Origin: Pseudomonas aeruginosa
GTDB taxonomy: Bacteria; Pseudomonadota; Gammaproteobacteria; Pseudomonadales; Pseudomonadaceae
Length of the DNA stretch: 32,000 nt
Reading direction: 5' to 3'
NCBI RefSeq assembly: GCF_001457615.1
Contig: NZ_LN831024.1
Coordinates: 3,300,001-3,332,000 of the forward strand
Of this stretch, positions 11,180 through 20,956 are shown in pieces (positions within the stretch are counted from its first letter, which is position 1; the number at the start of each line of letters is the position of its first letter). The notes under the pieces were generated by a model that was given only the letters and a program-made list of their open reading frames with translations, made no database searches and was not told the origin of the DNA. Made by a program: the position numbers and the translations under genes.

Positions 11180-11983
11180 TCATCCACCCTGGGTGCCGTC
11201 ATACCCCATCCGCCAACTGATAGCCCGAGTCGTCGCAAGCAGCCGTTCCGCCGCCGGCCCCTGCTCCTCGGCCTGGAAGATGCTCGCCGGGCCGACCACC
11301 GTGAGCACCGCCGCCACCCGCCCGCGGGCGTCGAACACCGGTGCCGAGAGCGCCTCCACCCCAGGCATCAGCAGCCCATGGATCGCATGCAGGCCGCGCG
11401 CGCGGATGCCCTCCAGGAGCACCGCGTAGGCCGCCGGGTCGGCCAGCGGATGGTCGGCGCGCCCGGCCAACTCTTCCTCGCGCAGCTCGGCCACCTCGCG
11501 TTCCGGCAGGAACGCGGCGAACACCAGGCCGGTGGACGAACCGAGCAGCGGCAGCACCGAGCCGACCTGGGTGACCACCGTCACCGCGCGCACCGCCTGT
11601 TCCACCTGTACCACGGTGGCGCCACGGTTGCCCCAGACGGCGAGGAAGCAGGTCTCGTTGAGCACGTCGCGCAGCTCGGCCAGCGGCGCGGCGGCGCTCT
11701 TCAGCACGTCCATGCTGTCCAGCGCCGCCAGGCCCACGCGCAGGGCCTCGCGCCCCAGCGAGTAATGATTGGTGGAGGCGTCCTGGACCGCGAAGCCGCT
11801 GGCGATCAATGCCTGCAGGTAGCGATGGACCTTGCTCGCCGGCATCCCCACATGCTCCGCCAGGCGCGACAGCGAGGTCGCCGGGGAGAGTTCGGCGAGG
11901 GCCTTGAGGATATCGGTACCGACTTCGGCGGAGCGGACCTTCTGCTTGCCGGAGGTTTCGGCGGGACTGCTGTTCTTTTCCAT
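11180..11983 (-). CDS. hmgR: IclR-family transcriptional regulator of homogentisate catabolism
   Basis: 267-aa protein with IclR HTH (ILKALAELSPATSLSRLAEHVGMPASKVHRYLQALIASGFAVQD), divergent from hmgA. Confidence 0.82.
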   Translation of the reverse strand: MEKNSSPAETSGKQKVRSAEVGTDILKALAELSPATSLSRLAEHVGMPASKVHRYLQALIASGFAVQDASTNHYSLGREALRVGLAALDSMDVLKSAAAPLAELRDVLNETCFLAVWGNRGATVVQVEQAVRAVTVVTQVGSVLPLLGSSTGLVFAAFLPEREVAELREEELAGRADHPLADPAAYAVLLEGIRARGLHAIHGLLMPGVEALSAPVFDARGRVAAVLTVVGPASIFQAEEQGPAAERLLATTRAISWRMGYDGTQGG

Positions 11984-12040
11984 GGACGCGGGTTCCTGCG
12001 GGCGGGGCCGACGTTATAGCTTGACGCTGCCTTCCACTCA

Positions 12041-12059
12041 AATTACGTTATGCGTAATT
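12041..12059. promoter_or_regulatory. Inverted repeat AATTACG-TTATG-CGTAATT in the hmgR/hmgA divergent intergenic region, candidate HmgR operator
   Basis: Perfect 7-nt arms, with a further AATTACG at 12061-12067, exactly 20 bp after the first; TTGACG at 12021-12026 is a possible -35 for hmgA. Confidence 0.6.
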
Positions 12060-12143
12060 GAATTACGATAAAAATAACGCAGCCAGCGTGCCAGGTCCCC
12101 GGCGGATCGGCGGCAAGCTGCCCCCACTCCCCGGAGGCCTCAG

Positions 12144-13442
12144 ATGAACCTCGACTCCACTGCCCTCGCCTATCAATCGGGCTTCGGCAACGAATTCAGC
12201 AGCGAAGCGCTCCCCGGCGCCCTGCCGGTCGGCCAGAACTCCCCGCAGAAAGCGCCCTACGGCCTGTACGCCGAACTGCTCTCCGGCACCGCCTTCACCA
12301 TGGCTCGCAGCGAGGCCCGGCGCACCTGGCTGTACCGCATCACGCCGTCGGCCAAGCATCCGCCGTTCCGCCGCCTGGAACGACAGATCGCCGGTGCCGA
12401 ACTGGATGCGCCGACTCCCAACCGCCTGCGCTGGGACCCGCTGGCACTGCCCGAGCAGCCCACCGACTTCCTCGACGGCCTGCTGCGCATGGCCGCCAAC
12501 GCGCCCGGCGACAAGCCCGCCGGCGTGAGCATCTACCAGTACCTGGCCAACCGCTCGATGGAGCGTTGCTTCTACGACGCCGATGGCGAACTGCTGCTGG
12601 TCCCGCAATTGGGCCGTCTGCGCCTGTGCACCGAACTCGGCGCGCTGCAAGTCGAACCGCTGGAGATCGCGGTGATCCCGCGCGGGATGAAGTTCCGCGT
12701 CGAGCTGCTCGACGGCGAGGCACGCGGCTATATCGCCGAGAACCACGGCGCGCCGCTGCGCCTGCCCGACCTCGGCCCGATCGGCAGCAATGGCCTGGCC
12801 AATCCGCGCGACTTCCTGACCCCGGTGGCGCGCTACGAGGACAGCCGCCAGCCGCTGCAACTGGTGCAGAAATACCTCGGCGAGCTGTGGGCCTGCGAGC
12901 TTGACCACTCGCCGCTGGACGTGGTCGCCTGGCACGGCAACAACGTGCCCTACAAGTACGACCTGCGCCGCTTCAACACCATCGGCACGGTCAGCTTCGA
13001 CCACCCGGACCCGTCGATCTTCACCGTGCTGACCTCCCCCACCAGCGTCCCCGGCCTGGCCAACATCGACTTCGTGATCTTCCCGCCGCGCTGGATGGTG
13101 GCCGAGAACACCTTCCGTCCGCCATGGTTCCACCGCAACCTGATGAACGAATTCATGGGCCTGATCCAGGGCGCCTATGACGCCAAGGCCGGCGGCTTCG
13201 TGCCCGGCGGCGCCTCGCTGCACAGTTGCATGAGCGCCCACGGCCCGGACGCGGAAAGCTGCGACAAGGCCATCGCCGCCGACCTCAAGCCGCACAGGAT
13301 CGACCAGACCATGGCCTTCATGTTCGAGACCAGCCAGGTCCTCCGGCCGAGCCGTGCCGCCCTCGAGACGCCGGCCCTGCAGAATGACTACGATGCCTGC
13401 TGGGCGTCGCTCGTATCCACCTTCAACCCGCAACGGAGATAA
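12144..13442 (+). CDS. hmgA: Homogentisate 1,2-dioxygenase
   Basis: 432-aa protein ([26 protein letters not shown]; [35 protein letters not shown]; [16 protein letters not shown]); SD-like GGAGG upstream. Confidence 0.96.
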
Positions 13443-13446
13443 CCCC

Positions 13447-14745
13447 ATGAACCAGCCAACCCCCACTCGTAGCTGGGTCGCCTCCGCCAATGGGCATGCC
13501 GACTTTCCCCTGCAAAACCTGCCGCTGGGCATCTTCAGCCGTGCCGGCCTGAGCCCGCGTTGCGGCGTGGCCATCGGCGACTCGATCCTCGACCTGGACG
13601 CGGCGCTGGCCGCCGGGCTGTTCGAGGGTGCCGCCGGCGAAGCCGCCGAAGCCACCCGCGGCGGCGCGCTGAACGCCTTCTTCGCCCTCGGCAAGCCGGC
13701 CCGCGTGGTGCTGCGCCAGCGCCTGCTGGAGCTGCTCGGCGAAGGCGCCGCGGAGCGCCCGGAACTGCTCCATCCGGCCGCCGAGTGCCAAATGCACCTA
13801 CCGGCCAGGATCGGCGACTACACCGACTTCTACGTCGGCATCCGCCATGCCGAGAACGTCGGCAAGCTGTTCCGCCCGGACAACCCACTGCTGCCCAACT
13901 ACAAGCACGTGCCCATCGGCTACCACGGCCGCGCCTCGACCGTGCGCGTCTCCGGCAGCGAAGTGCGCCGGCCCAACGGCCAGACCCTGCCGGCCGGCGC
14001 CAGCGAGCCGGTGTTCGGCCCCTGCGCGCGCCTGGACTACGAACTGGAGCTGGGCATCTGGATCGGCCAGGGCAACGCCCTCGGCGAAGCCATCCCGGTT
14101 TCCCGCGCCGCCGAGCACATCGCCGGCTTCTGCCTGCTCAACGACTGGTCGGCGCGCGACATCCAGGCCTGGGAATACCAACCGCTCGGCCCGTTCCTGT
14201 CGAAGAGCTTCATCACCAGCGTCTCGCCCTGGGTGGTCACCGCCGAAGCCCTGGAGCCGTTCCGCCGTGCCCAGCCAGCGCGCCCCGAAGGCGACCCGCG
14301 GCCGCTGCCGTATCTCTACGACGACAACGACCAGGCCCACGGCGCCTTCGACATCGAGCTGGAGGTCCTGCTGCTCACCGAGGGCCTGCGCGAGAAAGGC
14401 CTGCCGCCGCAGCGCCTGACCCTGAGCAACAGCCTGAGCATGTACTGGACGGTGGCGCAGATGGTCGCCCACCACAGCGTCAATGGCTGCCAGTTGCAGC
14501 CCGGCGACCTGTTCGGCTCCGGCACCCTGTCCGGCGCCGAGCCCGGCCAGTTCGGCTCGCTGCTGGAGATCACCGCTGGCGGCAAGCAGCCGGTGCAACT
14601 GGCCTCCGGCGAGACCCGGCGCTTCCTCGAGGACGGCGACGAGGTCATCCTCCGCGCCCGCTGCAAGCGCGAGGGACATGTCTCGATCGGTTTCGGCGAA
14701 TGTCGCGGCAAGGTGCTCGCGGCCCTTCCGGGGGCGCGCGGATGA
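13447..14745 (+). CDS. fahA: Fumarylacetoacetase
   Basis: 432-aa protein beginning at ATG 13447 (YTDFYVGIRHAENVGKLFRPDNPLLPNYKHVPIGYHGRAST; LLNDWSARDIQAWEYQPLGPFLSKSF), diagnostic FAH family. Confidence 0.95.
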   Translation: MNQPTPTRSWVASANGHADFPLQNLPLGIFSRAGLSPRCGVAIGDSILDLDAALAAGLFEGAAGEAAEATRGGALNAFFALGKPARVVLRQRLLELLGEGAAERPELLHPAAECQMHLPARIGDYTDFYVGIRHAENVGKLFRPDNPLLPNYKHVPIGYHGRASTVRVSGSEVRRPNGQTLPAGASEPVFGPCARLDYELELGIWIGQGNALGEAIPVSRAAEHIAGFCLLNDWSARDIQAWEYQPLGPFLSKSFITSVSPWVVTAEALEPFRRAQPARPEGDPRPLPYLYDDNDQAHGAFDIELEVLLLTEGLREKGLPPQRLTLSNSLSMYWTVAQMVAHHSVNGCQLQPGDLFGSGTLSGAEPGQFGSLLEITAGGKQPVQLASGETRRFLEDGDEVILRARCKREGHVSIGFGECRGKVLAALPGARG

Positions 14746-15380
14746 AGCTCTATACCTACTACCGTTCCACCTCCTCCTACCGGGTGCGCATCGCCCTGGC
14801 GCTGAAGGGGCTGGACTACCAGTCGCTGCCGGTCAACCTGATCCGCGACGGCGGCGAACACCGCCAACCCGCCTACCTGGCGCTCAACCCGCAGGGCCGC
14901 GTACCGGCCCTGCAGGTCGACGAGGGCGAGCTGCTGATCCAGTCGCCGGCGATCATCGAGTACCTCGAGGAGCGCTACCCGCACCCCGCCCTGCTCTCCA
15001 GCGATCCGCTGCGCCGCGCCCGCGAGCGCGGAGTCGCGGCGCTGGTCGGCTGCGACATCCACCCGTTGCACAACGCCAGCGTGCTCAACCTGCTGCGCCA
15101 GTGGGGACACGACGAAGAGCAGGTCCGGCAGTGGATCGGCCACTGGGTCGGCCAGGGTCTCGCCGCCGTCGAGCAACTGATCGGCGACCAGGGTTGGTGC
15201 TTCGGCGACCGGCCAGGCCTGGCCGACGTCTACCTGGTCCCGCAGCTCTACGCCGCCGAGCGCTTCGGCGTGGCGCTGGACGCCTGGCCACGGATCCGCC
15301 GGGTCGCCGACCTGGCCGCCGCCCATCCGGCGTTCCGCCAGGCCCATCCGGCCAACCAGCCGGACACCCCGGCCGCCTGA
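14742..15380 (+). CDS. maiA: Maleylacetoacetate isomerase (zeta-class GST family)
   Basis: 212-aa protein (MKLYTYYRSTSSYRVRIALALKGLDYQSLPVNL...NPQGRVPALQVDEGELLIQSPAIIEYLEE) starting at ATG 14742, overlapping the fahA stop (ATGA). Confidence 0.94.
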   Translation: MKLYTYYRSTSSYRVRIALALKGLDYQSLPVNLIRDGGEHRQPAYLALNPQGRVPALQVDEGELLIQSPAIIEYLEERYPHPALLSSDPLRRARERGVAALVGCDIHPLHNASVLNLLRQWGHDEEQVRQWIGHWVGQGLAAVEQLIGDQGWCFGDRPGLADVYLVPQLYAAERFGVALDAWPRIRRVADLAAAHPAFRQAHPANQPDTPAA

Positions 15381-15413
15381 GGGACCGCAGAGTCCCGCTC
15401 CTGAAGATAAAGG

Positions 15414-15434
15414 GGGGCGTCCGCCGGACGCCCC
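15414..15434. terminator. Hairpin GGGGCGTCC-GCC-GGACGCCCC after maiA
   Basis: 9-bp perfect stem in the maiA/MFS intergenic region; no T-tract seen. Confidence 0.5.
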
Positions 15435-15464
15435 ATCACCAATAAGAACCTCAGGTACCTTGCG

Positions 15465-16817
15465 ATGCACAACCAGATCGCCAGCTTTCGCGCGGCGCTC
15501 GACGCGCGCCCCGTGTCCCGCTACCAGTGGCTGTTGCTGCTGCTCCTCGCCCTGTTGCTGGTCACCGATGGCTACGATGCCCAGGTGCTCGGCTACGTGG
15601 TGCCGACCCTGGCCCAGGAATGGGGCCTGGACAAGGCCGCGTTCGGCCCGGTGTTCAGCGCCAACCTGTTCGGCCTGACCGTCGGTTCGCTGCTGGTGAC
15701 GCCGCTGGCGGACCGCTTCGGCATCCGCCGGGTGCTGCTCTGCTGCGTGCTGATCTACGCCAGCCTGACCGTCCTGATGGTCTTCGCCGGTTCCCTGGAA
15801 AGCCTGATGCTGGCGCGCTTCGTCTGCGGCATCGGAATGGGCGGGGCGATGCCCAGCGCCATGGCGCTGATGGCCGAGTATTCGCCACCGCGCCTGCGTA
15901 CCCTGATGGTCACCCTGGCGGCCTGCGGTTTCTCCTTCGGCGGCGCCGCCGGCGGTTTCGTCGCCGCCGCCTTCATGGACGGCTTCGGCTGGCAGGCGGT
16001 GTTCCTCGCCGGCGGCGTCACCCCGTTGCTGCTGTTCCCCTTCCTCCTCCTGTTCCTGCCGGAGTCGCTGCCGCGCCTGCTCCGCGACGCACCGCCCTAT
16101 GCCCGCCTACGCCAGCTCAGCGAGCGCATGGCGCCGGGCTGGCAGCCGCCGCCGGCACAAGCCGACGCCGAGCCGGCGGCGAGCCTGACCGTGCTGGAGC
16201 TGTTCCGCCACGGTTACGCGCGGCCGACCCTGCTGCTCTGGGCGACCTTCTTCGTCAGCCTGATCCTGCTCTACTTCATGGTCAGCTGGCTGCCCTCGCT
16301 GCTCCAGGAAAGCGGCCTGACACGCAATGCGGCGAACCTGGCGACCTCGATGTTCCTCTTCGCCGGCACCCTCGGCGCGATGCTCCTGGCCTGGCTCGCC
16401 GACCGCCTGCGCAGCAAGGTCCGCCTGCTGGCGGCGATTCTCGCCGGCGCCGCGCTGTTCACCCTGCTCCTCGGCCTCAACCACGACCAGCCGCGCTGGC
16501 TGCTGGCGTTCGTCTTCGCCGCCGGCTTCTGCATCATCGGCGGGCAGTTGACCCTGAACGCCTTCGCCAGCAACTTCTACCCGGCCCAGGTACGCGCCAC
16601 CGGCACCGGCTGGGCGCTGGGCGTGGGCCGCTTCGGTTCGATCCTCGGCCCACTGTTCGGCAGCCTGCTGCTGGGCATGCACATATCCGTGGAGAACATC
16701 TTCATGCTTGCGGCGATTCCCGCCGGGCTCGCCGCGCTACTGATCCTCCAGGTCCGCTCGCCCGCCGCCCAGGCGCAGCGGGAAAGCGCCGCCGCGCTGG
16801 CCGTCGAGGAATCCTGA
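15465..16817 (+). CDS. MFS transporter, aromatic acid:H+ symporter-like
   Basis: 450-aa, about 12 TM protein (DGYDAQVLGYVVPTLAQEW; VTPLADRFGIRRVLL; GIGMGGAMPSAMALMAEYSPPRLRTLMVT) adjacent to the homogentisate genes. Confidence 0.87.
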   Translation: MHNQIASFRAALDARPVSRYQWLLLLLLALLLVTDGYDAQVLGYVVPTLAQEWGLDKAAFGPVFSANLFGLTVGSLLVTPLADRFGIRRVLLCCVLIYASLTVLMVFAGSLESLMLARFVCGIGMGGAMPSAMALMAEYSPPRLRTLMVTLAACGFSFGGAAGGFVAAAFMDGFGWQAVFLAGGVTPLLLFPFLLLFLPESLPRLLRDAPPYARLRQLSERMAPGWQPPPAQADAEPAASLTVLELFRHGYARPTLLLWATFFVSLILLYFMVSWLPSLLQESGLTRNAANLATSMFLFAGTLGAMLLAWLADRLRSKVRLLAAILAGAALFTLLLGLNHDQPRWLLAFVFAAGFCIIGGQLTLNAFASNFYPAQVRATGTGWALGVGRFGSILGPLFGSLLLGMHISVENIFMLAAIPAGLAALLILQVRSPAAQAQRESAAALAVEES

Positions 16818-16885
16818 GCCTTCACCGCGAGCGGCTTCCCGGCTACAGTGGCGGCCCGTTTCGCCGTCCGCCGCAGGAGCCGCCG

Positions 16886-18316
16886 ATGAACGACGCCGAC
16901 AGCCTCCAGGATTACCAACGCGTACGCCAGCAGGCGATCCGTTCGCTGTTCGAGATCGTCGAAGGCTCCAGCGAAGGCACGGTGATCGTCGACCGCGAGG
17001 CCCGCATCGTCTGGATCAACCAGCGCTACGCCCAGCGTTTCGGCCTCGCCGACCCGGCGCAGGCTATCGGCCGGCCCTGCGAAAGCGTGATCCCCGGTAG
17101 CCTGCTGCGCGAGGTGGTAGGCAGCGGCAAGCCGATCCTGCTGGACATGATGGATAGCGCGAAGGACCCGCTGGTGGTGATGCGCCTGCCGATCCACGAC
17201 GACGCCGGCGAAGTGATCGGCGCCATCGGCTTCGCCCTGCTCGACGAACTGCGTTCGCTGTCGCCGCTGGTGACCCGCTACCTGAGCATGCAGCGCGAAC
17301 TGGCCTCGACCCGCTCGCAATTGCAGGCGCGCCAGGCCAAGTACAGCTTCAGCCACTTCGTCGGTACCAGTCCGGCCAGCCTGGAAGTCAAGCGCCGCGC
17401 CCGTCGTGGCGCGGCCAGCGAAGCGCCGGTGCTGTTGCTCGGCGAGACCGGCACCGGCAAGGAACTGCTCGCCCACGCCATCCACAGCGCTTCGCCGCGG
17501 GCGCACAAGGCCTTCGTCAGCGTGAACGCCGCGGCGATCCCGGAAAGCCTGCTGGAGGCCGAATTCTTCGGTACCGCCCCGGGGGCCTTCACCGGTGCCG
17601 AGCGCAAGGGCCGGCCAGGCAAGTTGCAGGTGGCCCAGGGCGGCACGTTGTTCCTCGACGAGATCGGCGACATGCCGCTGGCCTTGCAAGGCAAGCTGTT
17701 GCGCGTGCTACAGGAGAAAGAGTTCGAAGCGGTGGGTTCCAACGAAGTGATCCGCAGCGACATCCGCCTGGTCGCCGCCACTTCCATCGACCTGCAGCAG
17801 GCGATGCGCGAAGGCCGTTTCCGCGCTGACCTCTACTACCGACTGAACGTCCTGCCGATCGAGATCCCGCCGTTGCGCCAGCGCCTGGACGACCTCCCGG
17901 CGCTCTGCGAGTCGATCCTCGACAGCCTCGACCACGGCCGTCTCCACGAACTCGGCGGCGACGCCCTGGCGCTGCTCGCCCGGCATGCCTGGCCGGGCAA
18001 CGTCCGCGAACTGCGCAACGTGCTGGAACGCGCGCTGCTGCTGGCCGACCAACCGTTGCTGGACGCCGCCGCCCTCGGCGCGGCGCTGGGCCCCCTGCAA
18101 CCGCTGCCGGAGCTGCCTCGAGCGGCGGACGACAGGCCGGTCGGGGATTTCCAACAGGCCCGCGAAGCCTTCGAGCGCGACCTGATCGGACGGGCCCTGG
18201 CGCAGAGTGCCGGCAATGTGGTGGAAGCGGCGAAACGCCTGGGCCTGGGTCGCTCGACCCTGTACAAGAAGATCATGGCGCTGGGCATGCGTCTCGATAA
18301 CGGGACCCATCTCTAA
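16886..18316 (+). CDS. PAS-containing sigma-54-dependent transcriptional activator
   Basis: 476 aa from ATG 16886 in ORF 15527-18316: PAS-like N-terminus, Walker A GETGTGKE, GAFTGA loop, Walker B GGTLFLDEIGDM, C-terminal Fis-type HTH (NVVEAAKRLGLGRSTLYKKI). Confidence 0.93.
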   Translation: MNDADSLQDYQRVRQQAIRSLFEIVEGSSEGTVIVDREARIVWINQRYAQRFGLADPAQAIGRPCESVIPGSLLREVVGSGKPILLDMMDSAKDPLVVMRLPIHDDAGEVIGAIGFALLDELRSLSPLVTRYLSMQRELASTRSQLQARQAKYSFSHFVGTSPASLEVKRRARRGAASEAPVLLLGETGTGKELLAHAIHSASPRAHKAFVSVNAAAIPESLLEAEFFGTAPGAFTGAERKGRPGKLQVAQGGTLFLDEIGDMPLALQGKLLRVLQEKEFEAVGSNEVIRSDIRLVAATSIDLQQAMREGRFRADLYYRLNVLPIEIPPLRQRLDDLPALCESILDSLDHGRLHELGGDALALLARHAWPGNVRELRNVLERALLLADQPLLDAAALGAALGPLQPLPELPRAADDRPVGDFQQAREAFERDLIGRALAQSAGNVVEAAKRLGLGRSTLYKKIMALGMRLDNGTHL

Positions 18317-18381
18317 ATAGAGACGAACTGAGATCTGCATAGCCACGGAACTTTCGCTCGATTACGTCTCCATTTTGAGAC
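18309..18381. promoter_or_regulatory. Two matching inverted repeats ATCTC-N6-GAGAC (18309-18324) and GTCTC-N6-GAGAC (18366-18381), candidate upstream activator sites
   Basis: Read directly; same half-sites and 6-nt spacer, starts 57 bp apart, located upstream of a sigma-54-like promoter. Confidence 0.55.
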
Positions 18382-18444
18382 AACGCTATTCCCCACGCTC
18401 CCCTTCGTCTCGCCGCAGCCCGCGAAAACCGCGATTCTGGGGCC

Positions 18445-18460
18445 TGGCACGGTTATCGCA
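18445..18460 (+). promoter_or_regulatory. Candidate sigma-54 promoter TGGCACGGTTATCGCA
   Basis: Matches TGGCACG-N4-TTGCA with one mismatch (TCGCA); GG (18446-18447) and GC (18458-18459) are separated by exactly 10 nt. Confidence 0.65.
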
Positions 18461-18593
18461 ATGTGCCTTTCCGACGGCCCTGCCCCGTTCCAGGCCGTCA
18501 CGCCGGTGCCCGCACCGTTCGACAACAAGAAACAGGCCCGGAGCGCCCTTCCCCATGCGGAGCGCGCCCCGCAGCGCCGTGGAGATATGCCCG

Positions 18594-19985
18594 ATGAGCG
18601 TGATCATCGCCCTTGCCGCCCTGGGCCTGCTGATGCTGGCCGCCTACCGCGGCTACAGCGTCATCCTGTTCGCCCCCCTCGCCGCCCTCGGCGCCGTCCT
18701 GCTCACCGATCCCAGCGCGGTCGCGCCGACCTTCACCGGGGTGTTCATGGAGAAGATGGTCGGTTTCATCAAGCTCTACTTCCCGGTTTTCCTGCTTGGC
18801 GCGGTGTTCGGCAAGCTGATCGAGCTGGCCGGCTTCTCCCGCTCCATCGTCGCGGCGGCGATCCGCCTGCTCGGCACCCGCCAGGCGATGCTGGCGATCG
18901 TACTGGTCTGCGCGCTGCTCACCTACGGCGGCGTCTCGCTGTTCGTGGTGGTGTTCGCGGTCTACCCGTTCGCCGCGGAGATGTTCCGCCAGAGCGACAT
19001 CCCCAAGCGATTGATTCCGGCGACCATCGCCCTCGGCGCGTTTTCCTTCACCATGGACGCGCTGCCCGGCACCCCGCAGATCCAGAACATCATCCCCTCG
19101 ACCTTCTTCGGCACCCACGCCTGGGCCGCGCCCTGGCTCGGCACCCTCGGCGCGCTGTTCGTCTTCGCCGTGGGCATGCTCTACCTGCGACGCCAGGCGA
19201 ACAAGGCGCGGCGCAACGGCGAAGGCTACGGCAGCGACCTGCGCAACGAGCCGGAGACCGCCGATGACCTGCGCCTGCCGAATCCCTGGCTGGCGCTCTC
19301 GCCGCTGGTGCTGGTCGGGGTCGCCAACCTGCTGTTCACCCACTGGATCCCGCAATGGTACGGCCAGGTCCATACCCTGCAACTGGCCGGCATGGCCACG
19401 CCGTTGCAGACCGAGGTCGGCAAGCTCACCGCGATCTGGGCAGTGCAGGCGGCCCTGCTGCTGGGCATCCTGCTGGTGCTGGCGAGCGGTTTCGCGGCGA
19501 TCCGCAGCCGCCTCGCCGAAGGCACCCGCAGCGCGGTGGCCGGCTCGCTGCTGGCGGCGATGAACACCGCCTCGGAATACGGCTTCGGCGCGGTGATCGC
19601 CTCGCTGCCGGGTTTCCTGGTGCTGGCCGACGCGCTCAAGAGCATTCCCAATCCGCTGGTCAACGAAGCGATCACCGTCACCCTGCTGGCCGGCATCACC
19701 GGTTCCGCGTCGGGCGGCATGAGCATCGCCCTGGCGGCGATGTCCGATACCTTCATCGCCGCCGCCAACGCCGCGCAGATCCCCCTGGAAGTCCTCCACC
19801 GGGTCGCCGCCATGGCCAGCGGAGGGATGGATACCCTGCCGCACAACGGCGCGGTGATCACCCTCCTGGCGGTCACCGGCCTGACCCATCGGGAGGCGTA
19901 CAAGGACATTTTCGGTATTACCCTGATCAAGACCCTGGCGGTGTTCTTCGTCATCGGGCTGTTCTACGCCACCGGCCTGGTCTGA
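18594..19985 (+). CDS. GntP-family permease, possibly for 3-hydroxybutyrate or a related short hydroxy acid
   Basis: 463-aa hydrophobic protein from ATG 18594 (YGGVSLFVVVFAVYPFAAEMF; TITLLAGITGSASGGMSIAL-type region VTLLAGITGSASGGMSIALAAM) upstream of bdhA. Confidence 0.83.
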   Translation: MSVIIALAALGLLMLAAYRGYSVILFAPLAALGAVLLTDPSAVAPTFTGVFMEKMVGFIKLYFPVFLLGAVFGKLIELAGFSRSIVAAAIRLLGTRQAMLAIVLVCALLTYGGVSLFVVVFAVYPFAAEMFRQSDIPKRLIPATIALGAFSFTMDALPGTPQIQNIIPSTFFGTHAWAAPWLGTLGALFVFAVGMLYLRRQANKARRNGEGYGSDLRNEPETADDLRLPNPWLALSPLVLVGVANLLFTHWIPQWYGQVHTLQLAGMATPLQTEVGKLTAIWAVQAALLLGILLVLASGFAAIRSRLAEGTRSAVAGSLLAAMNTASEYGFGAVIASLPGFLVLADALKSIPNPLVNEAITVTLLAGITGSASGGMSIALAAMSDTFIAAANAAQIPLEVLHRVAAMASGGMDTLPHNGAVITLLAVTGLTHREAYKDIFGITLIKTLAVFFVIGLFYATGLV

Positions 19986-20018
19986 TCCGCCCTTTTTTCA
20001 TCCAGCGGGAGAAACAGC

Positions 20019-20789
20019 ATGACCCTGAAAGGCAAGACCGCCCTGGTCACCGGTTCCACCAGCGGCATCGGCCTGGGCATCGCCCTGAGCCTGGCCGAGG
20101 CCGGCGCCGACCTGCTCCTCAACGGCTTCGGCGAGGTCGACGCGGCACTGGCGCAGGTCCGCGCCCGCGGCGTGCGCGCAGAGCACCACCCGGCCGACCT
20201 CTCCAGCCCGGAGCAGATCGCCGAACTGATGGCCTTCGCCGAGCGGACCTTCGGCGGCGTCGACATCCTCGTCAACAACGCCGGCATCCAGTACGTGGCG
20301 CCGGTGCAGGAATTCCCCACGGAACGCTGGGACGCGATCATCGCGATCAACCTGTCCTCAGTGTTCCATACCACCCGCCTGGCCCTGCCGGGCATGCTCG
20401 CGCGCGGCTGGGGGCGGATCGTCAACATCGCCTCGACCCACGGCCTGGTCGCCTCGGCCGGGAAGAGCGCCTACGTCGCCGCCAAGCATGGCGTGCTCGG
20501 CCTGACCAAGAGTGTGGCGCTGGAAACGGCGCGCACGCCGGTGACCTGCAACGCCATCTGCCCCGGCTGGGTGCTGACCCCGCTGGTGCAGAAGCAGATC
20601 GACGCGCGCATCGCCGAGGGCGTCTCGCCCGAACAGGCGGAACATGACCTGCTGGCGGAAAAGCAACCCTCGCTGGCCTTCGTCACCCCCGAGCAACTCG
20701 GCGGACTGACGCTGTTCCTTTGCAGCGAAGCCGCCGACCAGGTGCGCGGCGCGGCCTGGAACATGGATGGCGGCTGGGTGGCGCAGTAG
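20019..20789 (+). CDS. bdhA: 3-hydroxybutyrate dehydrogenase (SDR family)
   Basis: 256-aa SDR with TGSTSGIGLG, NNAGIQYVAPVQEFP, Ser/YVAAK catalytic region (SAYVAAKHGVLGLTK) and C-terminal GGWVAQ. Confidence 0.92.
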   Translation: MTLKGKTALVTGSTSGIGLGIALSLAEAGADLLLNGFGEVDAALAQVRARGVRAEHHPADLSSPEQIAELMAFAERTFGGVDILVNNAGIQYVAPVQEFPTERWDAIIAINLSSVFHTTRLALPGMLARGWGRIVNIASTHGLVASAGKSAYVAAKHGVLGLTKSVALETARTPVTCNAICPGWVLTPLVQKQIDARIAEGVSPEQAEHDLLAEKQPSLAFVTPEQLGGLTLFLCSEAADQVRGAAWNMDGGWVAQ

Positions 20790-20814
20790 CCGGGGCGGCC
20801 AGCCTCTCCCCAGA

Positions 20815-20956
20815 CCCTCTCCCTGAAGGGAGAGGGAACCATCCGGAGTTCGCCCGCCCCATTGCGTAGGGCGGATAACGCCACAGGCGTTATCCGCCGT
20901 TACCTCGTTTCCCGGCGCGGCTACCCTCTCCCCAACCTTCGCCCTTCAGGGAGAGG
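20815..20956. repeat. Cluster of intergenic palindromes: CCCTCTCCC-TGAA-GGGAGAGGG, GGCGGATAACGCC-ACA-GGCGTTATCCGCC, CCTCTCCC-N16-GGGAGAGG
   Basis: Three inverted repeats read directly at 20815-20836, 20870-20898 and 20925-20956, in the convergent bdhA/atoE-like intergenic region. Confidence 0.75.

Noticed and set aside
11199-12041. 280-codon minus ORF overlapping hmgR in another frame
   Set aside because: No HTH or other domain; the neighbouring frame 11180-11983 encodes a clear IclR regulator.
12063-13694. 543-codon minus-strand ORF opposite hmgA
   Set aside because: Antisense to an unmistakable homogentisate dioxygenase; composition is typical of spurious GC-rich frames.
15527-16885. 453-codon N-terminal extension of the sigma-54 activator ORF
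   Set aside because: It overlaps the MFS gene out of frame and is Arg/Pro-rich nonsense; the PAS-like domain begins at ATG 16886.
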